A stretch of DNA of 63,713 nucleotides, counting the filler, from Craspedostauros australis (Eukaryota), in the NCBI GenBank assembly GCA_030167865.1. It is 9 parts of 9 records of this genome, joined end to end, with 100 filler letters (N's around TTAATTAATTAA, not from the genome) between each part and the next. Parts side by side here need not be neighbours in the genome. Positions count along the whole stretch, not along the records: positions 53,523 to 58,390 come from JALAGF010003356.1; positions 58,491 to 63,713 come from JALAGF010003357.1; 7 more parts are not named here. One strand, 5' to 3'. The notes under the pieces are model-generated. The model had not been told where the DNA came from. It saw only the letters and a list, made by a program, of their open reading frames with translations, and did not search any database. Shown here one piece after another: positions 55,475 through 63,713 of the stretch (the stretch's first letter is position 1; every line of letters begins with the position of its first letter). The translations under genes and the position numbers were made by a program.

Positions 55475-58100
55475 ATGGCAAGACCGATCAACAACCGAGC
55501 TTTGACAGCCGTAATCAAGGAACTTGCTGATCTTGATGACAAAGAAATGGAGTTCATCAACAAGCAACTCAGAAGGATCGAACGCGCCATCAAGAGTCCA
55601 GACAAAAACACCATCCAAGCGCTGGCTCTCTCACCAACACTCACCTCGATCAACATTGAGAACATCCTTCGCATTTTCGCTTTCGCGAAAGAACGGCAAA
55701 TCGACCAAGCAACCGATTGGGCGGCCATCAACGAGTTCACTACAACGACCGGGTATGAGGTACCAACCATCAAGACTCCTGTCGCCAGCAAGGCAACCCA
55801 AATGTGATTGAAACTCGCAATGAAGGAAGCCGCCAATCGTGAACTCGCCAAGGCAATGAGCTGCAAGGTTGTGGTACACTCACCAAGACGCCCACTGGAA
55901 GTACGCCGATCGCCATCAATGCCAACTAGATGGAAGTATGACAAGTCGCCCTGCTAGAGGCGGAGCCATTCAGCAGACTCAACATCGAATGGTACCAGTG
56001 GAAGACCGACTTCCACCGCCAGCTGGTCATGACCAGATACGCGGCATACATGAAGGAGGAGAGACCAAATGACTACTGCAAAGATGTCGACACCCAGTTC
56101 TACGCAGCGCTCAACTCGAAAACGTGCCAAGGACACGCTAACTACATGATCCTCGCGGAAAGAGATAGCAGTCATGCAGCCTTCCAGGCCCTCATCCGCA
56201 CATACGAATTCACTGAGAACAGGGCCGACATTGTGGCAACAGAGGAAGGCAAACTGTCCAAACTCGTCTACGACGGATCTGGACCGTTCAGCGCGTTCGT
56301 CAATGACTTCTCTATGTCTGTTCAGGCAATAGAAGACAACGGAAAGACAATGAGCGACAAGCAGAAGACTGCAAGATTCTTCCACAACAATAGCGATGAG
56401 CGATTCACTAGTATGGTCTCTCGCCTCCAAGAGACAGATGAGTCCTTCAATTAGGTCCGCGAGACTCTCATGAAGCACGACAAGGTCCTCTCCAACGCGG
56501 AGATCGACAGATCTCCATGGCGCAATCGACGCGCACACCAGAATGACGGGCGAACGGACTGCAAGCGACCGTTTGAAGCTACATCCGGGGATCGCAAGAA
56601 ACCGTCGATGTACCGACTTCCAGATATTGTATTCAGAAGCTGTCTGACCCCAGCACAAGTGTTTGTGGTGGAATCCTCGCGTCACTTCCGCGAGACAGGA
56701 GAACTCATCAGCGAGGAGACGTTCAAGCGCAACAAACCCGCTGAGTTCGCGAAGACCCAGGAGCATCATGCTCAACGCAAACCCAACAAGTGCGCCAGAT
56801 TTGGCAACAAGACCGATCGAACCAAGAAGTACAGACCATGTGACAACAGCTCCTGAAAACCAACAACAGGTGCTTCGCGCCAGCAGTTGGAGGTCATCAC
56901 ATGCATCAAGGACCAAGACAGTGTAGACTTGACACAAAAGGCCGCGGAGAGCGGGCCAGGGCATACAATCCCGGATACGCTACGAGAGTCGCGTCCAAGA
57001 AGCACCGACCCGCATACAGAGCACACGATTCGACGGGCAAGAGTAACGAATAGTAGCCACGGCAATATCATTCTAGACTCAGGCACGGACAGCGACATTG
57101 TTCATGAGTCTGGATGGGTGGTAGCCCAAAATCACCAGCAGCAGTTCCACCCCGAGCGGCGACAGTGGACTCGCAAATCGAGACGTTTCCAATGGTTCTC
57201 GTGGTGGCAGCGTACAAGCCGCCAGAAGGCGGAGTGATCCTCATCAAGGCATATTACATGGCTCTCGAAAAGCATCCATGGCAGATGGAGTCGCTGCTCA
57301 ATACACACCACATGCGCACATCTGACATCAGCATCTACGATCAGCTTCGACAATACGACAGGCAGCAACGGATACCATCTGGTGACATCAGCATCCTGCT
57401 GGCCAATCACGACAGCAATACCCTGTGCATCCCAATTCGTAAACCGACAGCTCGCGAGCTAACTCAAACTAAGAATATTACTATATGTGACAGACACAGA
57501 CGCCTTCGGAGATCCCACACCAGTGTTGACTTCAACAAAGTCTTCCGACATCTCCCACAACAGGTGGTCGAGAAAACGAAAGCAGTATCGACGCAGCTGG
57601 CCGATACTCCCATCGAGGCGGAGTCAAGACCCATCCCGAGGCAGTACCGTGCGCAGCAAGCGGGCGCGCTACAGCCACACCGAATCGAGGGAAGAGTGGA
57701 AACTGATCCATTCTTCTCCACGGTCCCATCCATTTGACACCACAAGTGCTTCCAGCTCTTTGCACACAGCGAATTTAAATTCATCTGGGCAAAGCCGCTC
57801 CGACGAGAGGCGATGGCGCCAGGGGCGCTCACCAATTTCATTGTGCAGGTCAGGGCACCTGACCTACTCTTCTTGGACTACTCACAGGTCCAAGCTGTCA
57901 AAGAATGGAAGGCTGTGACGATGCGGTACATGATCAAGCACTCCTTCACTGCTCCCATGAATCAGAATCATAACCGAGTGGAGCGGCCGATCGGCGACAT
58001 CAAGCGACATGCATACAAATTGCTTTGGGCGGAGTCCGTGCCACTCACCTTCTGGTGCTACGCGGTACAACACGTCATCAATGTATCGAACTACACGGGA
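55475..58100 (+). mobile_element. Decayed CoDi-like Copia element (gag - protease - integrase; RT/RNase H absent)
   Basis: Gag-like WYQWKTDF...AAFQALIRTYE...LVYDG; protease IILDSGTDS; integrase VETDPFFS...APDLLFLD...TAPMNQNHNRVERPIGDIKR...PLTFWCYAVQH. Several in-frame stops (56452, 56854, 57735) and at least two frameshifts. Confidence 0.85.
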
Positions 58101-58490
58101 ACCGCGGTAAAGACCATATATTGGTCGGATTTTGCTTTGCTCACGCTTGAGGCGTGTTGTACGGTTTTGGGATCTGTCGAGTCAACCACTAATGGTATTA
58201 CTAGAGCACGCCTTTCCCGTGTTGACTTGACGTTGCGCTTATTTACGTACGTGCTCGACATGTCGTGCACGGTGTGCCAATGCCAATGATGTCCGCTTTG
58301 CGCTCGTTCCACCCCTGTCGTGTCTGCTCCAAGACATGCCAATTTCCAGACCCACGACATCACATCGCTGTCTTCTTGTCAATATGGCCCNNNNNNNNNN
58401 NNNNNNNNNNNNNNNNNNNNNNNNNNNNNNNNNNTTAATTAATTAANNNNNNNNNNNNNNNNNNNNNNNNNNNNNNNNNNNNNNNNNNNN

Positions 58491-59414
58491 GACCTGTCTG
58501 CCGCAATCTACTCACCTGATGACATCGAGGAGATCCTCGTCTACGCCATGCCCGGATCGCAGTTCACCGCCAAGGTCCTGGCGGCCTTCGATGCCTGCAA
58601 GATCCCCCACACCTGCTTCTTCGTCAGCCCGCAGAAGGCCAAGCGCGCGAAGGAGATCCCCAGCGGCGGAACCTTGGTCCCAGAGATCAAGATCACGCTC
58701 AAGACCACGGACGAGGCCAAGGACAAAGCCAAGGACGAAGCCAAGGACGAGGACAGCACCATCCTCCTCAAGGACAGCGAGCACATCCTGGAGTGGTTCA
58801 ACGAGCACTACAAGATGGCAGACGCCGACACCCTGGGCTTCTTCCCAACGCCCGAAGCGAGCGTCGCGTCCATTCGCGCCTCCAACGGCCTCCTCGCTGG
58901 CTCCGTCTACTTTTACAACTGGGTCTACAATGACGGCTACGAGCGCAGCATGAAGGTCTCCGTGCGCCGCTTCCTCTCCATCCCGGAATGGATCCCCGCC
59001 TTCGTCACGTCCGCTCCGCTCGATATGCTCGTGGCCGGCGAACGCAGGAAATTCGCCATGGCCGCCGCCAGGTGCACCAAGCTGACGCAGGGTGGCAAGC
59101 CCTTGACGCATGCCGATGACGACAAGGTGCGCAAGGCGCTCGTGGAGGAGCTGACGCATTTCCAGACGCTGCTGTCCGACGTGTCGCCGTACATGATGGG
59201 CCAGACGAAGCCGACCGCGGCCGATTTCTCGGTCTACGTTCAGTTGGAACGCTTGGTCGGGGACACCGGCGATGTGAACATCGGGGCCGCCATTCCCGAA
59301 TTGAAGGAGGCAACGAAGGACTCTTTGGCGCTGTTGTGGAAGTGGCATGATGCCATGCGCAAGGATCATCCGATCCAATTCAAGGGCAAGCGCGGCGTGG
59401 AGGGGAAGCTGTGA
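58491..59414 (+). CDS. Glutathione S-transferase-fold protein (mPGES-2/metaxin/FAX-like); 5' end in the gap
   Basis: Frame open from the gap edge. ILVYAMPGSQFTAKV, LVPEI, DSEHIL and YMMGQTKPTAADFSVY motifs; strong GC3 bias. Confidence 0.82.
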   Translation, partial: DLSAAIYSPDDIEEILVYAMPGSQFTAKVLAAFDACKIPHTCFFVSPQKAKRAKEIPSGGTLVPEIKITLKTTDEAKDKAKDEAKDEDSTILLKDSEHILEWFNEHYKMADADTLGFFPTPEASVASIRASNGLLAGSVYFYNWVYNDGYERSMKVSVRRFLSIPEWIPAFVTSAPLDMLVAGERRKFAMAAARCTKLTQGGKPLTHADDDKVRKALVEELTHFQTLLSDVSPYMMGQTKPTAADFSVYVQLERLVGDTGDVNIGAAIPELKEATKDSLALLWKWHDAMRKDHPIQFKGKRGVEGKL

Positions 59415-60053
59415 GCTTACAAATTCGGACTTTGATGATGCAGTGAGTTGTTCAATGCAGGCGAACTGACCATGGGTGCCATTTGAAGATCTCATCGTCG
59501 TCGTCGTTCCGTTTTACAGAAGCGACAGAAGGTTGGAGTTGAATCAAGGCATCTCATGAGCTCCACCATGGAAAGTGCACGACACAACTATGTACAATAG
59601 GATCGTAGTACCATACCACACAAGACCATGGAGCACCTGGTCTCGTGAACGCCAGCTGAGTACCCCCACATGCACCATGCAAATGCGAGCATCATACGAT
59701 CGCAACTCGATATAGTAGATTCATGTTGAGTCGTGGTACATGGCGTCGTCTGAAGATGCGTCGGAGGGCGAACTAGGGAGGGCGAACTAGGGAGGGCGAC
59801 CAATGGGGAGGTCTCGTTCTGCCTCTTGGAAAAAAGAACAGTGGGGTATTAGACTGAAGGCTCTTTTGTTCTTGTGCGTTGATGGCGTAGCATCCTCTGT
59901 CGCTCGCCACATAGTAGTACGCCCCATCGTAACACTTCACCGTTGCTCCTTGTGCGGGTCTACATAGAGGTCGAATTTATCTGTCTGGCAACGTGCATCG
60001 CCGTCTTCGGCAAAAACGCAAAATGTGTCATCAAAGCTCTACCGTTTCTTGTC

Positions 60054-60614
60054 ATGTTGGTTGCATTGTGTGCGAGCAGTGGAATCAAGGGCGCCGCGTC
60101 CGTAAAAGTAGCACCTTTGCCAAGTTGGGTTTGGTGTCCACGTTCCCTGCACAGCAGATACAACAACACGGTGAAAACCCGTACTTTTTCTCACGACAAT
60201 CATCGCAAAGACGACGACGAGATGCTCGGTGGTGTTATCTTCCATTTCTCGCGACGCGAGTTGAAAGGATCGTCATCTGGCGGCAGAAGCGGATCCGGAG
60301 GCTACAAGGGAGGCGGAGGCGCCACAGCAAGCTCCAACAACAATTACAACAGGAAGGACGGAAAAGGAGATCCGCTGGTGGCTCCCGTGATATTTGTTGT
60401 CTTTGTTTTAATGTTTTGCTTGGTGGTTGTTAGGTGCAGGATTAACAGAAGCACTAGCAACGTGAGAAGGACACCACCCACGATCCCGCCAAAGCCAACA
60501 GTGACATCGGCGCCAGTGGAAGCAGAAGTAGTCGTTGTCCAAGAGAAGAAGGATACGGACGATACGGACGAAGAGACCACACCAACAACCGAGTTTTCCG
60601 TGTCCGCATCGTGA
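60054..60614 (+). CDS. Small putative type I membrane protein (signal-like leader, RREL motif, Gly/Ser/Lys-rich segment, one TM, acidic tail)
   Basis: ORF with a clear TM (LVAPVIFVVFVLMFCLVVV) followed by RCR. Start codon uncertain. Confidence 0.5.
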   Translation: MLVALCASSGIKGAASVKVAPLPSWVWCPRSLHSRYNNTVKTRTFSHDNHRKDDDEMLGGVIFHFSRRELKGSSSGGRSGSGGYKGGGGATASSNNNYNRKDGKGDPLVAPVIFVVFVLMFCLVVVRCRINRSTSNVRRTPPTIPPKPTVTSAPVEAEVVVVQEKKDTDDTDEETTPTTEFSVSAS

Positions 60615-62728
60615 GTGTCGCATCGCTATCTGTCTTTAGCAGACCGCACCCACTCACAAGGGACTTCCTCTCTACGTGGAGAGAGTTGCATCCATCCACA
60701 AAAGTAGGCAATCGATGGAGCAGGGGATCACTTTGAGAGGAATGGCCATGGACGAGTAGCTTGTAGACATCATCAGTATCACGAAAAGACACAGTTTCTC
60801 TGTCTCTCTCTGCGCGGTCTACTCTAGTCGTCGACTCATCATGCCGACATTCCGTCCGGACAGCCGATCCCATCTACTTCGTATGGTTTGGCACCTTCCT
60901 CCTTGTTGGTCGGATGGCTGCTTTGAGCCTTCCTACAACCTCAGAACCCACCAACTTCCTCCTTTGCGATGTTTTCTCCTACGCTTGCACATTCGTCATG
61001 TTTGTTGGCTCCTGTGGATTGGGCATCGATCTGCTGCAAACCGTGATCCATACCGGCAACTCTCTTTGTTGGCTGCGATGGCGCATGAATCAGCCTCCTG
61101 CAGATGCGACTGTGAACCAGCAAGCGTCAATCATCCCACGATTCACATGTTGGTGGAGGTGCGATGCCTCTCCCTTCTTCCCTCTGTCTCCAAAGACCTG
61201 CATGTTGTGTTCCTTGGATGTGAGTATCTTTGTGTGAATGGTGATTCCGGAGCAGCTGCTTTCCCCGACTTGTGGATCCGATGACATGGTGCCTCCATCT
61301 CATCATTTGCAGTTGTGGCTGCGATGCATCGCTTTGAGCTTCAGCATGAGCGGGCGTCGGTGGTAATGGTGCATGTAGTGGTGGCGTAATAGAAGGAGTA
61401 TCTCCAAACAGCTGGTGCTCTAGGCCCCAAAGAAGTTGCTGCATCCGGTCTCATGAATGCACTCGTCCAGCAGGCATTGAATCTCAGCTGCCGACGGCAC
61501 ATCCAGCGTGGGCATTGCTGCTGATCACTTGAATCCGGGTTTATCACGGAACCATGGCGTCTCTCACCACTGTTATTGGCACCGTTGTTGGTGCTGCGAT
61601 TGTTCATTCGATTATTTACCTATGCAATTGCCTTGATATCTTCCTTGCTGATGTCGCCGATCGATGCGATGCGTTTGCAGTCGCTCCTCATCACCACTTC
61701 CCATTCGTCATCATCATCTCCGTCTCCGTCTCTTGCCATGGTCGCCTTCATCCATCATTTTCGGCATGTGGCGTTGTGCGTGGCTGGTTGTTTCACCCAT
61801 GCATTGCTTTACTGGTCATGTATGCGTACGACTATGACACATTGGCTGACGCCTCCATCAATGCACGTAGTTCTACACAAGTACAACAATGATCTCTTCC
61901 ACAGAACGAGGACATGTATTGCCATAGTCGTTGAGTAGTTGTTCTGTGTGACATCAACATCAACAGTTAGTTGTTTTCGGTGATGTCAAGAATTGTTGGT
62001 ACGCTTCAATCGTCTGCCTGTCGTCCGTGGTTGATCGTGTTTGGGGTAATACGATGCCAGTAGGAATGGTTTGGACTTGGTGACAGGTGCAGGTGGAATC
62101 AATGTAAATGGTTTGTGGTGTGCGGATCTGTTGATGTTGATGTTGATGTTGATGTTGATGTCGATGTTGCCACTGTTTGTGTTGATGTTGATGTCGATGC
62201 CGATGTCGATGTTGTGTTCTGCCAGAGATGTGCGTGTTTGTGATAGATCTTTGTGTTGGTCATTTCCGTGTTTGGATTCCGATTTGTTCGCATACTTCTA
62301 GCTTGACTGTGACCAGTGTGTTGTCAACGAAGGATGGTTCTCATTCCTTGTTCTTCCACACCCATCACACCCACGTTGCGTCGACTTTGGTGGTCCCACC
62401 AGTCATGGATACCCTTGCCTCAACATGTCCAGATCAGTACCTCTTCTTCTGTTCCACTTCGTCTCATCTAGTTTCGTTTCGTTCGTACCCAACACTCCAC
62501 ACAACTCAGACCTGGACACAACAAGGATCTGCATTCCATGTTGACGGTCCTCCTCGATGAGCCATGTATGGCATGAGTCCATGCTCATACCATGCCAAGA
62601 GGCACCATGTGATACCATACAACATCCAACCATTCAACCATGCGATACCATTCAACCAATCAAACAATCATCCAATCATCCAACACCCGTCCAGCAACCT
62701 CTCCACAGCTATCGACCACCATCTCAAC

Positions 62729-62900
62729 ATGCCAGATGTCTCAAACAAGCAACTCTTTGCTGCTTCCAGCACTGGTGATCTGACAGCAATGAAGAAATGA
62801 AAGAAGCAAAATGAAAGAGGTGATATCAACAAGGCAACAAGCAGCCAGGAATGCACTCTGCTTCATTATGCACATGCATGCAGCAAGTGACAATGAGGAT
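62729..62900 (+). pseudogene. Ankyrin-repeat gene relic
   Basis: One frame reads MPDVSNKQLFAASSTGDLTAMKK*KKQNERGDINKATSSQECTLLHYAHACSK*Q*, resembling the ankyrin consensus LxxAxxxG...GxDIN...TxLHxA, with TGA stops. Confidence 0.5.
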
Positions 62901-63713
62901 GGTTGCTGGAGACACACATTCTTTGTTTACCCATGGAGACTCCAGCAAGTTGTTTTGGAAGCCTCAGCTGATGGGAGACATCCATGCCCTCTTTCATGGT
63001 GGAACAATGAACCACAGATTTGATGATGAGTACATTGCAATGCCCATGATGGAGTTGTGCAAGGTTATGGAGAAGACAAGGGTACTGGGCAAGTCGATTC
63101 ATTGGAGTGATGGTGACAGCTCACAGTGGAAATGGCAATCAGTCCACTGATGTGTCACACATTCCAAGTCACTCATTGGCTCAACACTTCCATGCGCATG
63201 CAGTGAAAAGACGATGGCAAGTGTGCATGTGGTATAGAAGGTGATGCAGGTGATGTACTCCATCATACAATGGATAGCTTGCACTTCATGATTTGGTTTG
63301 GTTGTGGATAGTGAGACAGGATGGATGTGGCTGTGAGTGGGTGAGGAGCTTGGAATATCAACAGCATTGAACCTCAGTCGGAGTCACTATTGACACTTTC
63401 ATCATAATTGCATTGTTGGGTCCTTGCGGTACGCAACCATTCACCCGATTGTTCGGACCAGCCATGGGGCAGCTGGTGAGCCGACGAGCAAAGAAAAAGC
63501 CATGCACCTTGCCAATTGCGCTTTGGTCAAGCTTGATGCAACCAAAGCATATGTTTGCAATACCCTGGAAGATTTCCAACACTTGTGCCCTCATCACTGT
63601 GTCGAACAATGCTCTGAATGATCACTTGATGAAGCTTGTGAATGTTGCGATGACATCTGACTTGACTGTGTAGGTGGCTCTTGATCTGGATTTGGTGCAC
63701 GATTGGGATCAAG

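Noticed and set aside
30486..58490. Recurrent TTAATTAATTAA motif, and ORFs ending in ...XXXLIN
   Set aside because: Artificial six-frame-stop scaffold linker inside N gaps. Not biological and not a CRISPR-like repeat.
1..63713. tRNA, rRNA or other structured RNA genes
   Set aside because: None recognised by eye; a tRNAscan-SE/Infernal run would be needed to exclude them.

Overview
Eukaryotic, intron-containing DNA, almost certainly from a diatom: it has CoDi-type Copia Gag, an Ambal-like LINE, bipartite plastid-targeting leaders, RXL motifs and PT/PSD-stalk LRR proteins. It comes from a fragmented draft assembly whose 100-nt gaps carry an artificial TTAATTAATTAA linker. The left half (2.4-29 kb) is an ordinary gene region: His-rich DUF318-type permease, PIG-X, NDC80, PLC-like phosphodiesterase, a protein with repeated W-x2-L-x3-GW domains, a membrane-anchored glyoxalase-II-like enzyme, plastid inositol monophosphatase and PHO88/SND3. 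A Copia gag runs off the window start. The right half (29.6-63.7 kb) is accessory-like: an APE-RT-RNaseH LINE, an LRR surface protein, two versions of a 4.4-kb STAND-ATPase/TPR + RibD-reductase block, a leader-bearing P-loop NTPase, a decayed Copia, a GST and a CpG-eroded ankyrin relic. The most striking observation is that the two STAND-TPR versions look identical over about 1 kb and 2 kb of flank but carry a same-length, highly divergent central TPR-like cassette, suggesting a hypervariable NLR-like receptor. All family calls come from motif recognition by eye; no database search was run.
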